Positions 37,171 through 47,691 are shown, counted from the first letter of the stretch. The stretch: DNA of 64,000 nucleotides from Ferruginibacter sp. (GCA_017988335.1 JAGNRZ010000001.1:2920-66919); one strand, 5' to 3'. Notes: generated by a model from the letters alone, not told the origin. A program made the numbers and translations.

Positions 37171-38298
37171 ATGCCTAAAAGCCTTTTTCGCCGGTTTACA
37201 AAAAAGTTTTTTATTATGTCTAACATAATAATTGCTGTTTTGTTTTTGCTAGGTTGTTATGCTAGTTGGTTTAATCCAAATCAGTTTTGGTTTTTAGGTT
37301 TGCTTACCCTTGGTGCTTTTTATTTACTGTTACTCTTATTTTTATTTATTTTATTTTGGTTGTTTGTAAAACCTATCTGGAGCATTATTTCAATTTTAAC
37401 AATGTTGTTGGCGCACAAGCCTATCAGCCATATTGTTCCACTTCGTCTTTCATCTTCTTTTAATAAACAAAAACAACCAAACAGTTTACGGTTAATGAGC
37501 TGGAATGTTGAGCATTTTGATATTTTAGAACATAAAACACATCCTGAAAAAAAAGAGCAAATGTTTGAATTGATTAACAGCTACAACCCCGATGTGGCTT
37601 TTTTTCAAGAAATGGTAGGCGGTATAAAAAATGATGCAGCCATAAATTTTATTCCTACAATAGTTAACCATCTAAATTTTGAAGAATACCATTATAGTTT
37701 TAATCCCAAGCTTGATTTTGATGGCAACCACCATTTTGGCATTATCCTTTTTTCAAAATATCCAATAATAAATAAACAAACAGTAAGTTTTTATCCAAAC
37801 GATTACAACTCAATTTTTCAATATGCCGATATTGTAAAAAATGAAGACACTTTTAGAGTGTTTAATATACATCTACAATCGCTAAAGTTTAGTAATAGCA
37901 ATTTACAATATATTGAAAAGCCTACAGTTGGCGACAAAGACGACCTAGCTAAAACAAAAAACATAATTAGTAAGTTAAAAAGAGGGTTTTTAAAACGTAA
38001 AATACAAGCCGATAGAATTGCCGCCGAAATTGCCAAAAGCCCTTACCCTGTTGTAGTTGCTGGCGACTTTAACGATGTACCTAATAGCTATGCTTACGCC
38101 ACAATAGGCAAAAACCTTACCAATACATTTGCTCAAAAAGGAAACGGCATTAGCCGTACGTTTAGGCGAATTAGCCCCACTTTACGTATTGATAATATTT
38201 TTGTGGGCAAACAGTTTGCTGTACAACAATATACAGTTAATAAAAAAGACTTGGTAGATCACTATCCTGTAATTGCCGATGTGCAGTTAATAAAATAA
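37171..38298 (+). CDS. Membrane-anchored endonuclease/exonuclease/phosphatase (EEP) family protein
   Basis: Three N-terminal TM helices. EEP motifs SWNVEHF, FFQEM, VVAGDFND and the C-terminal DHYPV. Confidence 0.82.
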   Translation: MPKSLFRRFTKKFFIMSNIIIAVLFLLGCYASWFNPNQFWFLGLLTLGAFYLLLLLFLFILFWLFVKPIWSIISILTMLLAHKPISHIVPLRLSSSFNKQKQPNSLRLMSWNVEHFDILEHKTHPEKKEQMFELINSYNPDVAFFQEMVGGIKNDAAINFIPTIVNHLNFEEYHYSFNPKLDFDGNHHFGIILFSKYPIINKQTVSFYPNDYNSIFQYADIVKNEDTFRVFNIHLQSLKFSNSNLQYIEKPTVGDKDDLAKTKNIISKLKRGFLKRKIQADRIAAEIAKSPYPVVVAGDFNDVPNSYAYATIGKNLTNTFAQKGNGISRTFRRISPTLRIDNIFVGKQFAVQQYTVNKKDLVDHYPVIADVQLIK

Positions 38299-38442
38299 TT
38301 TATTACCTTTACGTTATTGAAAAAGTTTATTACATATTTCTGCTGTTGTTGTTGCCTTTGCGGCATACTATAATATCTTTGCCTACTGTAGGCATTCCCT
38401 AACAATTTTTTATAACTATTAATACAAAAGCCAATTACTATT

Positions 38443-39930
38443 ATGGCACTGCAACTATATAACACACTTACCAGAGAAAAAGAATTATTTACACCTATAA
38501 ACGAAGGCTATGTGGGCATGTATGTATGTGGCCCCACTGTGTATAGCGATGTGCATTTGGGCAACTGCCGTACATTTATTTCGTTTGATATTATTTATAG
38601 ATACTTAAAATATTTAGGTTATAAAGTACGCTACATTCGTAATATTACTGATGCTGGGCATTTGGAAGGAGATAGAGATGAAGGCGATGATAAGTTTAGT
38701 AAAAAGGCAAAGCTTGAAAAAGTTGAGCCCATGGAGATTGTACAAAAATATACATTGGGTTTTAGAGATGTGATGAGAGTGTTTAATACGTTGCCCCCAA
38801 GTATAGAGCCAACAGCTACAGGGCATATTACAGAACAAATAAAAATGACGGAAGAAATTATAGCTAACGGATATGCTTATGTGGTAGAGGGCACAGTGTA
38901 TTTTGATGTAGAAAAATATGATAAAGAAAAACCTTACGGTATTTTAACCAATAGAAAATTAGAAGATTTATTAGAAGGTACTAGAGACCTTGGTGGGCAA
39001 GATGAAAAAAAGGGAAGACTAGATTTTGCACTTTGGATAAAAGCTAAACCTGAGCATTTAATGCAATGGCCAAGCCCGTGGGGTATGGGCTTCCCGGGTT
39101 GGCATATTGAGTGCAGTGCTATGAGTGAAAAATATTTAGGCAAACAGTTTGATATACATGGCGGCGGTATGGACTTAGCAGCCACACACCATACCAACGA
39201 AATTGCACAAAGCCAAGCTTGCAATAAAACTAGTCCTGCCCGTTTTTGGATGCATACCAATATGCTTACAGTAAATGGTGCTAGAATGAGCAAAACTGCT
39301 GGTAATGGTTTTTTGCCGGGTGAATTATTTACAGGTGATCATCCTTTGTTAGATAAGGCTTATCACCCCATGGTAGTAAAGTTTTTTATGTTACAAACAC
39401 ACTACCGTAGTACACTCGACTTTAGTAACGAAGCTTTACAAGCCAGTGAAAAAGGTTTAAAGCGTTTGTGGGAAGCATATGAAACGCTTATGAAATTTGA
39501 AATTCAAAGTTCAAATTTCGAAATTGACGAAGAACTCAATACTAAAATTTCTAAACTCATCTTTAGCTTTGATGAAAATATGAATGATGATTTTAACACA
39601 GCAAAAGTGTTGGCAAGTATGTATGAACTTGTACCTATTATTAATTCTATTAAAGATGGAGTAATAGCTATTGAAAAATTATCATCATCTACATTGCAAC
39701 TATTGCAAACAAAATTTAAAGCTTACTTAGAAGATGTTTTTGGCTTACAAGCCATTACAGAAACTAATAATAGCAAGCTTAATGATGTAATGCAATTGCT
39801 AATTGATATACGTAAGGAAGCTAAAGCAAAAAAAGATTTTGTAACCTCAGATAAAATACGCAACCAATTGAATGATGCTGGTATTATTTTAAAAGATGAA
39901 AAAGGCGGAGAAATGAGTTGGAGTTTATAA
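38443..39930 (+). CDS. cysS: Cysteine--tRNA ligase
   Basis: MYVCGPTVYSDVHLGNCRT (HIGH region), Zn-binding context WHIECS, and KMSKT (ARMSKTAGN). Confidence 0.95.
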   Translation: MALQLYNTLTREKELFTPINEGYVGMYVCGPTVYSDVHLGNCRTFISFDIIYRYLKYLGYKVRYIRNITDAGHLEGDRDEGDDKFSKKAKLEKVEPMEIVQKYTLGFRDVMRVFNTLPPSIEPTATGHITEQIKMTEEIIANGYAYVVEGTVYFDVEKYDKEKPYGILTNRKLEDLLEGTRDLGGQDEKKGRLDFALWIKAKPEHLMQWPSPWGMGFPGWHIECSAMSEKYLGKQFDIHGGGMDLAATHHTNEIAQSQACNKTSPARFWMHTNMLTVNGARMSKTAGNGFLPGELFTGDHPLLDKAYHPMVVKFFMLQTHYRSTLDFSNEALQASEKGLKRLWEAYETLMKFEIQSSNFEIDEELNTKISKLIFSFDENMNDDFNTAKVLASMYELVPIINSIKDGVIAIEKLSSSTLQLLQTKFKAYLEDVFGLQAITETNNSKLNDVMQLLIDIRKEAKAKKDFVTSDKIRNQLNDAGIILKDEKGGEMSWSL

Positions 39931-39939
39931 ATAAAAACT

Positions 39940-40539
39940 ATGGAGCATTTAACATGGTTATCGAAAGATAAAAAATTACATAAAATAATTACGCCACAAC
40001 AACCGTTTGTTTTAAGCAAACGAAAAAATGTGTACTTACATTTATGTAACTCCATAATGAGCCAGCAGTTAAGTACAAAAGTGGCAGATGTTTTTCAACA
40101 ACGCTTTATTAATTTATACAACGGCAAAACACCAACACCTCAACAAATTGTAGATACTCAATTTGAAACCTTACGTAGCATAGGGCTTAGCAATGCCAAA
40201 GCCAACTATGTAAAAAATGTTTGCCAGTTTTTTATAGACCAAAAAATTACCGATGCACAATTGTATAAAATGAGCAACGGCGACCTAATTGCTTTTTTAA
40301 CACAAATAAAAGGTGTGGGTAAATGGACGGTAGAAATGATTTTAATGTTTACTTTAGGCAGAGAAGATGTATTTGCTATTGATGATTTGGGTATACAACA
40401 AGCTATGTGCAAACTATATAAAATAGATTTTGCGGATAAAAAAGCGATGAAAGAAAAAATGCTAAGCATAAGTAAAAAATGGAGCCCATATAGGACTTAT
40501 GCTTGTAGGTATTTGTGGGGCTGGAAAGATGGAGAATAG
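39940..40539 (+). CDS. DNA-3-methyladenine glycosylase 2 (AlkA-like) / HhH-GPD base-excision repair protein
   Basis: HhH-GPD stretch LTQIKGVGKWTVEMILMFTLGREDVFAIDDLG, including the catalytic Asp. Confidence 0.85.
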   Translation: MEHLTWLSKDKKLHKIITPQQPFVLSKRKNVYLHLCNSIMSQQLSTKVADVFQQRFINLYNGKTPTPQQIVDTQFETLRSIGLSNAKANYVKNVCQFFIDQKITDAQLYKMSNGDLIAFLTQIKGVGKWTVEMILMFTLGREDVFAIDDLGIQQAMCKLYKIDFADKKAMKEKMLSISKKWSPYRTYACRYLWGWKDGE

Positions 40540-40543
40540 ATTG

Positions 40544-40612
40544 CCCGCCGATTACGCTGATACCGCTGATTTTTGATTAGTCTTTTTCTGCGTCATTTGC
40601 GTTATCGGCGGG
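40544..40612. repeat. Long hairpin (14-bp stem with one mismatch: CCCGCCGATTACGC / GCGTTATCGGCGGG) between convergent genes; contains CGCTGAT-type units
   Basis: Read directly. Probably acts as a bidirectional terminator for the alkA-like gene and tex. Confidence 0.65.
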
Positions 40613-40621
40613 AGAAAAATT

Positions 40622-42850
40622 TTATTTCCCAAATTTCTTCTTTAACATAGCCAATGCATCTCCAATAGGTACATCAACATTTTCTTTTGGGGTAAACGAA
40701 TTTTTTGGTTTGGTATAATTTGTTTTTGCAGGAGCAGGCTCTGTTTGTTTTATTGAAAGTGCAATACGTTTTCTTGCTATATCTACCTCTAGCACTTTTA
40801 CCGTTACTTGCTGATTTAATTTCAACACTTCGTTAGGATCGGTAATGTACTTATGTGCAATTTCCGATACATGCACTAATCCATCTTGCTTTACACCAAT
40901 ATCTACAAATGCACCAAACCTTGTAATGTTGGTAACTACACCTGGTACATCCATTCCTACATGCACATCTTCTATCGAAAAAATATTAGCAAATTCAAAT
41001 TGCTGAGCTTCGGCTCTAGGGTCTAGGCCTGGTTTTTTTAATTCTTCAATAATGTCTTTTATAGTTAACTCACCAATAGTTTCGGTTTTGTATTTTTTAT
41101 AATCAACAGTATTTAATACTTTTTCGTTTTTTATTAACTCCTTAATAGGTAAGCCTAAATCCTTTGCTATAGTTTCTGCCACATTATACGCTTCTGGGTG
41201 CACCGCACTATTATCTAAAACATTATCGCCATCCTTTATCCGTAAAAAACCTGCACATTGCTCAAAGGCTTTTTCGCCAAGCCTTGGTACTTTTAATAGT
41301 TGCTTTCTATTTTTAAATTTACCATTTTCGTTTCTATACTTAACAATATTATCGGCAATACTTGCACCAATACCACTTACATACGCTAGCAAATGCTTAC
41401 TTGCCGTATTTAAGTTTACACCTACTTTGTTTACACAGCTTAGTACAGTGGCATCTAATCGTTCTTTTAATTTAAACTGATTTACATCATGCTGATATTG
41501 CCCTACACCAATACTTTTTGCATCAATTTTTACTAGCTCTGCTAAAGGATCCATTAATCTACGCCCAATACTTACACTGCCACGTACTGTAATATCGTAA
41601 TCGCCAAACTCTTCTCTGGCAATTTCGCTAGCACTGTAAATACTGGCACCATCTTCATTTACCAAATAAACAGGTAAGCCTAACTGTAAATCTTTAATAA
41701 ATTTTTCGGTTTCTCTACCTGCTGTTCCATCGCCAATAGCAATTACTTCAATGGCATATTTTGCTACAAGGTTTTTTATTTTGGCTGATGCCTCTTGCAA
41801 ACGATTATTTTCATGTACATAAATTAAATCGTTGTGCAATAAATCACCTTTTTCATCTAAGCAAACAACTTTACAACCTGTACGGTAGCCAGGGTCGATA
41901 GCTAAAGTTTTTTTGCTGCCCACAGGCGCCGATAATAAAAGTTGACGTAAGTTTTCTGCAAACACTGTAATAGCTTCATCTTCGGCAGCTACTTTTAAGT
42001 TTGTTCTACATTCAGTTTCTAAACTAGGTTGTAGCAAACGGCGATAAGCATCTTTAATAGCTTTTTTAATTTCGGAAGTGCAAGTGCTACTGTAGCCTTT
42101 AATAAAATTTTGTTCAATTAACTCTAAAGCCAATTCTTCTTGCGGTGCAATAGCAATGCGTAAAAAGCCCTCTAAAAAGCCTCTAAATATGGCTAGTGTT
42201 CTATGCGATGGAATTTTATGTATAGGTTCACTAAAATCAAAATAGTCTTTAAACTTAGCAGCTTCAGTTTCTTTATCAGCAATAAGTTTACTTTGCAGGG
42301 TAGCTTCTTTTTCAAAAAATGTTCTAAGTTTTGCCCTTACTATTGCATCTTCATTTACTAGCTCTGCAATTATATCTCTAGCTCCCTGTAAGGCATCTTC
42401 AGGAGTTTTAATTACTTCGGTTATGTATTTATTAGCCTCTGCAATTACGTCTATTTCTTTATTTTCTAAAATTAAATTAGCTAAAGGTTCTAAGCCATTT
42501 TCTCTTGCTGTTTGTGCTTTTGTTTTTCGTTTTGGTTTGTAGGGCAAATAAATATCTTCTAGGGTAGATAAGGTTGTGGCCGCATCAATTTTTTTCTGCA
42601 ACTCCTCTGTCATCTTACCTTGCTCAGTAATTGTTTTTTCAATAAAGGCTTTACGCTCTGCAAATTCTTTAAGTTGATTGTTTGTAGTTTCTATTTGCTG
42701 AATTTGCAATTCATCTAAATCACCTGTTTTATCTTTTCTATATCGGGCAATAAAAGGGATGGTGCTGCCTTCGGCAAGTAATTGCAAAACGGCATCTACT
42801 TGTGTAGTTTTTAAATTAAGTTGTGTAGCTATATGTTGACTAAAATTCAT
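40622..42850 (-). CDS. tex: Tex-family RNA-binding transcriptional accessory protein (YqgF/HhH/S1 domains)
   Basis: N-terminal ...IPFIARYRKD.TG.LDE..., a YqgF-like centre, an HhH region, and a C-terminal S1 domain (GVVTNITRFGAFVDIG..DGLVHVSE). Confidence 0.93.
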   Translation of the reverse strand: MNFSQHIATQLNLKTTQVDAVLQLLAEGSTIPFIARYRKDKTGDLDELQIQQIETTNNQLKEFAERKAFIEKTITEQGKMTEELQKKIDAATTLSTLEDIYLPYKPKRKTKAQTARENGLEPLANLILENKEIDVIAEANKYITEVIKTPEDALQGARDIIAELVNEDAIVRAKLRTFFEKEATLQSKLIADKETEAAKFKDYFDFSEPIHKIPSHRTLAIFRGFLEGFLRIAIAPQEELALELIEQNFIKGYSSTCTSEIKKAIKDAYRRLLQPSLETECRTNLKVAAEDEAITVFAENLRQLLLSAPVGSKKTLAIDPGYRTGCKVVCLDEKGDLLHNDLIYVHENNRLQEASAKIKNLVAKYAIEVIAIGDGTAGRETEKFIKDLQLGLPVYLVNEDGASIYSASEIAREEFGDYDITVRGSVSIGRRLMDPLAELVKIDAKSIGVGQYQHDVNQFKLKERLDATVLSCVNKVGVNLNTASKHLLAYVSGIGASIADNIVKYRNENGKFKNRKQLLKVPRLGEKAFEQCAGFLRIKDGDNVLDNSAVHPEAYNVAETIAKDLGLPIKELIKNEKVLNTVDYKKYKTETIGELTIKDIIEELKKPGLDPRAEAQQFEFANIFSIEDVHVGMDVPGVVTNITRFGAFVDIGVKQDGLVHVSEIAHKYITDPNEVLKLNQQVTVKVLEVDIARKRIALSIKQTEPAPAKTNYTKPKNSFTPKENVDVPIGDALAMLKKKFGK

Positions 42851-42932
42851 TATTCGTTATTTTTAAAGAGCAGCGAATTTAGGTGGGATAGAGGGAATAA
42901 AAAAATTGGAGATTTAAGTTGTATATTTATTT

Positions 42933-43445
42933 ATGCTTTGGTATAAGAATAAACAAGATAATGAAATTGTTAAGGGTAATATTAAATACCCTTACAGGTT
43001 CTGTAAATTATACATAAGTGATGACTATAATCAAATAATATTTGTTCCTTTTGGTAAAATATCTTCAGGCATTTATGCAGAAATAGATGATTTAATTATT
43101 GATAGTTGGCCTTGCGATTTTGAGAAACTACAAAATAATATAGAAAAAACTTTAAATAAATTTGCTGAATCAGCAATACATACAAAAAGCAAGTGGCCTT
43201 CATATGATAACAGTAAGGCTAAGTCTCAAAAATCTTTTGAAGCAAATTATATTTGTATAAGACTGGAAACGGATGCCAAAAAAGAATATGGTGAATTTGA
43301 AGTTGAAAGAATAACTGCATCTGCAAAGCCAAGTATTTTGGATACAACTTATTCTTTAGTTGGTACAAATCACCTCTTAGAAACCTCGATTGCTCAAATG
43401 GTTATAGATATTTTTGAGGCATGTTTAAAAATAAGAAACAACTAA
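42933..43445 (+). CDS. Hypothetical protein (170 aa), no recognisable family
   Basis: ATG ORF in an otherwise conserved neighbourhood. Its stop overlaps the stop of the convergent GAF gene by 4 nt. Confidence 0.55.
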   Translation: MLWYKNKQDNEIVKGNIKYPYRFCKLYISDDYNQIIFVPFGKISSGIYAEIDDLIIDSWPCDFEKLQNNIEKTLNKFAESAIHTKSKWPSYDNSKAKSQKSFEANYICIRLETDAKKEYGEFEVERITASAKPSILDTTYSLVGTNHLLETSIAQMVIDIFEACLKIRNN

Positions 43446-43936
43446 ATAACTACTAGCATCTCCACCACCTTTTCCAAATACAACCTATCCACTTCATCAA
43501 ATTGATCAAGTAATTCGCTATCCACATCTAACACACCTACCACAATATTATTACGAATAATAGGTACTACAATTTCGCTTTTACTTAAACTGCTACAGGC
43601 AATATGCCCAGGAAATTTTTCTACATCGGGTACTATTAATGTTTGTGCTTGTTGCCAGCTTGTGCCACAAACACCTCTTCCTTTGCGTATTCTTGTACAA
43701 GCTATTGGCCCTTGAAATGGACCTAGTACTAATTCATCTTCATTGCCATCTACCGTATTTTTTACCAAATAAAAACCTACCCATAACCAACCAAATTGCT
43801 CTTTTAAAGCAGCAGTAATATTAGCTAAGTTGGCTGTTAAATCGGGTTCGCCAGTAAGTATGCCTTGTATTTGTGGTAAAAGAGATTTATAAATTTCTTC
43901 TTTTGTGCCTTGTGTTATTTGTAAGTTTTCTGCCAT
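43442..43936 (-). CDS. GAF-domain protein of the free methionine-(R)-sulfoxide reductase (YebR/MsrC-like) type
   Basis: Single GAF domain with GFYL..., PFQGPIACTRI..GRGVCG and GHIACSSLSKSEIVVPI. ATG at 43936 is preferred over the TTG at 43945. Confidence 0.82.
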   Translation of the reverse strand: MAENLQITQGTKEEIYKSLLPQIQGILTGEPDLTANLANITAALKEQFGWLWVGFYLVKNTVDGNEDELVLGPFQGPIACTRIRKGRGVCGTSWQQAQTLIVPDVEKFPGHIACSSLSKSEIVVPIIRNNIVVGVLDVDSELLDQFDEVDRLYLEKVVEMLVVI

Positions 43937-43983
43937 AGAAGACAAAGGTAAAATTTATTTTCACGCCAAAAGGCAAAGCTTAA

Positions 43984-44014
43984 ATACAAAAACCGCTACA
44001 AAATGCAGCGGTTT
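43984..44014 (-). terminator. Rho-independent terminator downstream of dnaN
   Basis: On the minus strand, AAACCGCTGCA-ttt-TGTAGCGGTTT followed by TTTTG. Confidence 0.7.
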
Positions 44015-44033
44015 AAATTTATATACAGTTGGG

Positions 44034-45149
44034 TTAGTTATTTAGCATTAAAGGCATTACTAACATTAGCAATTCTTCATTTTCATCTTGCTCTGTTGGT
44101 TTAATAATACCAGCTTTGGTGGGTGTGCTAAGCTCCATGTTAATTTCATTAGTATCGGCACCGCCAAGCATTTCAATTAAAAACTTTGCGTTAAAGGCAA
44201 TTTGTAAATCTTCGCCATCGTATTGGCATTTCATGCGTTCGTTACCTTCAAAACTAAAATCAACATCTTGTGCTGCTAATTGCAATTCGCTACCGCTAAT
44301 ATTTAAAGCTACTTGATTGGTACTTTTATTACTAAATACACTTACACGGCGTAGTGCATTTTGAAAATCAGCTTTGCTAATCGTCATTTTGTAAGGATTA
44401 TCTGCCGGTATTACCACTTTATAATCAGGAAAACGGGCATCAATTAAACGACACACCAACTCGGTACCGCCATGCTTTACAAATAAATGATTGCTATTGT
44501 AACTTATATTTAACTCATCATCATTATCTGGCAAACTACCTTTTAATAAACTCAATGGTTTTTTAGGCACAATAAAACTATCTTTTTGAGGGCAGCTTAC
44601 ATCAGTTCTTGTATAACGTACAAGCCTATGTGCATCAGTAGCTACAAAAGTAATCCCCTTTTTATCTAACTCAAAAAACACACCTGTCATAGCTGGGCGT
44701 AAATCATCGTTGCTTACAGCAAAAATGGCTTTGTTAATAGCGGTTACTAGGGCAGATGATGTCATAGTAAATTCATTAGCATCATCAGCGGCTGGCTCTT
44801 TAGGAAAGTTATCTGGGTTTTCGCCCATTACTTTATACTTACCGTTATCGCTGGTAATTTCTACGCCAAAGTTTTTATCAATATTAAATGTAAGCGGTTG
44901 CTCTGCAATATTTTTTAACGAATCCATTAATATTTTTGCAGGAATACACACCTTACCACTATCTTTTGCCTCAATATCTAAGTGCACTTTCATTACCGTT
45001 TCTAAATCGGTAGCTACTACAGTTAATTTATTCTTTTCTATTTCAAACAAAAAATCTTCTAAAATGGGAAGTACGGTATTAGCATTAATTACACCGCTAA
45101 TTTGTTGTAATTGTTTTAACAATGCCGATGACGAAACAATAAACTTCAT
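44034..45149 (-). CDS. dnaN: DNA polymerase III subunit beta (sliding clamp)
   Basis: MKFIVSSSALLKQLQ..., three-domain length (371 aa), ...LRPAMTGVFFE..., ...ATDAHRL... and the C-terminal ...LMLVMPLMLN. Confidence 0.95.
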   Translation of the reverse strand: MKFIVSSSALLKQLQQISGVINANTVLPILEDFLFEIEKNKLTVVATDLETVMKVHLDIEAKDSGKVCIPAKILMDSLKNIAEQPLTFNIDKNFGVEITSDNGKYKVMGENPDNFPKEPAADDANEFTMTSSALVTAINKAIFAVSNDDLRPAMTGVFFELDKKGITFVATDAHRLVRYTRTDVSCPQKDSFIVPKKPLSLLKGSLPDNDDELNISYNSNHLFVKHGGTELVCRLIDARFPDYKVVIPADNPYKMTISKADFQNALRRVSVFSNKSTNQVALNISGSELQLAAQDVDFSFEGNERMKCQYDGEDLQIAFNAKFLIEMLGGADTNEINMELSTPTKAGIIKPTEQDENEELLMLVMPLMLNN

Positions 45150-45269
45150 AAATTATATCTTTAATTGAGCAAATATAAAAGTAACTACGCTAAAAGTACA
45201 GTCTATTTTTAAACAATTTTACCCAAACCTTACGTAAATTGCTTATCTGTTAAAAAATATTAGCTATTT

Positions 45270-46586
45270 ATGTTAGATAAATTATTTGGCTGGGGCAAAA
45301 AAAAAGAGGAAAATAACCCTACAATACGCTTTGGACGATACAGCGATAACAATAAAACCGTAGAAAAAACGAATAGATGGACAGATGCCGACAATTTATT
45401 TAAAGACAAAAAATATCAACAAAGTATTGATGCTTTTTTTGATTATGTAAGAGATGAAGAGGCTGATAATGTAAGGCTTAATAGAAATGGCGATAGCTTT
45501 AGTTTTGAAATTTATCAGGGCAGTAAAATTGTACGGGGCAAAGGCGATGCAGAACATGTAGTAGCCGAAGTAAGCTTGGCAAAAATGCCACAGCCCAGTG
45601 TGCCTGTAATGCGTAGGCTATTAGACCAAAATTTTAGTCTGTATTACTGTAGATATGCACTTGATGGTGATAGATTGTGTATGCGTTTTGATAGTGATTT
45701 AGAAACTGCTAATCCAAACAAGTTATACTATGGCTTAAAAGAATTAGCTACAAAAGCTGATAAACAAGATGATTTATTAGTACAAGATTTTAGCAGTTTG
45801 GAAATGATAGATACAGACCATGTAGCCCAATTGCCCGATGCCGAAAAAGAAACCAAATATGCATTTACCCAAGAATGGATTAGTGATACGCTAAGCTATA
45901 TAAATACTTTAGATGCAGAAAAGTTTAGCGGTGGCATTGCTTACTTATTACTTACATTAGTTTTTAGAATAGATTATTTAATACGACCAGAAGGCAAGCT
46001 ACAAGCAGAGATAGAAAAAATTGCACACATTTATTTTGCTAAAGATGAAAAGCCAGCTACGGAAAAAAATAGCGGAATGATGGAAGCGTTTAAAAAATTT
46101 CAACAAATACCGAGAGAGGATTTTTTTAAAAACTTGTTTAATAGCAAAAGCACATTTGCAATTGTAGTGCCGCAAACACAAAAAACAGTTGCAGATGCAA
46201 TTTATGCTGCTAATAATAACATGATTTGGTATAGAGATAACGCTTACCCATTAATTGCACAGCAAATTTGTGAGTATGGTATTTCTTTCTGTCAATATTC
46301 ATATAGTTTACCTAAGCCACTTAGCGAATTTTTTAAATTATTTATGCAAGTAAACTATACCGATTTTTTTGCTGCATTAGGCTTTACCAATAATTATTTT
46401 GATAGTGCTGCTAATAAATTTAATAGCGAAGCTATTATTAACACGGTCAATAATATTCAAGATGCCTGGCGAAAAAAACACCCTAAGCTTGATTTTAAAA
46501 CGGCCAACATACGCTTTGACAACTTAGTAAACTTTAACCAAACATTTACCAACGAATTAGAATTTTTAAACTTCGATAATAAATAA
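45270..46586 (+). CDS. Hypothetical protein with an N-terminal YbjN-like (T3SS-chaperone-like) domain
   Basis: Residues about 45-170 follow the same pattern as the C-terminal domain of the next protein (..F.F.I..GS..V......V.A.V.LA..P.....L.R.LL..N..L...ADxxDDLL). The stop overlaps the next ATG (TAATG). Confidence 0.65.
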   Translation: MLDKLFGWGKKKEENNPTIRFGRYSDNNKTVEKTNRWTDADNLFKDKKYQQSIDAFFDYVRDEEADNVRLNRNGDSFSFEIYQGSKIVRGKGDAEHVVAEVSLAKMPQPSVPVMRRLLDQNFSLYYCRYALDGDRLCMRFDSDLETANPNKLYYGLKELATKADKQDDLLVQDFSSLEMIDTDHVAQLPDAEKETKYAFTQEWISDTLSYINTLDAEKFSGGIAYLLLTLVFRIDYLIRPEGKLQAEIEKIAHIYFAKDEKPATEKNSGMMEAFKKFQQIPREDFFKNLFNSKSTFAIVVPQTQKTVADAIYAANNNMIWYRDNAYPLIAQQICEYGISFCQYSYSLPKPLSEFFKLFMQVNYTDFFAALGFTNNYFDSAANKFNSEAIINTVNNIQDAWRKKHPKLDFKTANIRFDNLVNFNQTFTNELEFLNFDNK

Positions 46587-47686
46587 TGCCATCTCAAGAA
46601 ATTATAGAAAAATACCAAGATGCTATTATTCAAATAGCTACGCAAACAGGCACTGGTACAGGGTTTTATGTAAAAGAGTTTGATGTAATTGTTACCAACA
46701 ATCATGTAATTGAAGGTAATGCAGAAGTTACCATTAAAGGCAAGGTGTTTGATAAAGCATTAAGCCGAGTATGGTACACCGATAAAAAACATGACCTTGC
46801 TTTTTTAGAGCCACCAGCATCTGCCGTACTGCCGCCAATTCAATTGGGTAAGTACGAAACAATGAAAGATGGCGATGACGTTGTTGCTATTGGTCATCCT
46901 TATGGATTGAATTATACTGCAACCCAAGGTGTAATAAGTAAGGTAGATAGAATACGAGATGGCTTAAAATTTATACAAATAGATGCAGCCATTAACCCTG
47001 GCAATAGTGGCGGCCCATTAGTAAATGATCAGGGAGAAATTATAGGCGTAAATTCTTTTATAATTAGAGGTGGCGACAACCTTGGCTTTGCATTGCCAGT
47101 AAGTTATTTACGTACGGCTTTAGAACTATATGCACCCAATAAAGGAAACCCAAGTACAAGGTGTTTTAGTTGTGACTATTTAGTATCGCCACAAAATATT
47201 GATACCGAAAAGTATTGCCCAAGCTGCGGTACAGAAGTTGTTTTACCTAAAATGCCAGAAAAAGAACATGAGCCAGTAGGTATTGCAAAAACAATAGAAG
47301 GAATTTTAAAAGACCTAGGAAAAGATATTAAGCTAGCTAGAAACGGAGCCAATAATTGGGAGGTTGAAGAAGGCAGCGCTAAAATAAAAATATCGTACAA
47401 TGCAGAAAACTATTTTGTAACCAGCGATGCTTTTTTGTGCCATATGCCCAGCGATGCCACTAAAATAAAACCGCTGTACCAATTTTTATTACAAGAAAAT
47501 TATAATCTAAACGGATTAACACTTAGTTGCAATGGGCAAAACATTGTGCTAAGCTGTATTATGTACGATTTAGACGTAACTCATGATACTGGAAAACAAC
47601 AATTTGAACGCTTATTTAAAAAAGCTGATGAATATGATGATTTATTAAAAACACAATATAGCTGCCTAGAAAGATTGATAGAATAG
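46586..47686 (+). CDS. Trypsin-like (S1/HtrA-type) serine protease fused to a zinc ribbon and a C-terminal YbjN-like domain; no signal peptide
   Basis: Catalytic triad contexts TNNHV, KHDLAFL and GNSGGPL. CFSCDY...CPSCG is a 4-Cys ribbon. The C-terminal 130 aa are YbjN-like and end KADEYDDLL. Confidence 0.8.
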   Translation: MPSQEIIEKYQDAIIQIATQTGTGTGFYVKEFDVIVTNNHVIEGNAEVTIKGKVFDKALSRVWYTDKKHDLAFLEPPASAVLPPIQLGKYETMKDGDDVVAIGHPYGLNYTATQGVISKVDRIRDGLKFIQIDAAINPGNSGGPLVNDQGEIIGVNSFIIRGGDNLGFALPVSYLRTALELYAPNKGNPSTRCFSCDYLVSPQNIDTEKYCPSCGTEVVLPKMPEKEHEPVGIAKTIEGILKDLGKDIKLARNGANNWEVEEGSAKIKISYNAENYFVTSDAFLCHMPSDATKIKPLYQFLLQENYNLNGLTLSCNGQNIVLSCIMYDLDVTHDTGKQQFERLFKKADEYDDLLKTQYSCLERLIE

Positions 47687-47691
47687 TTATC

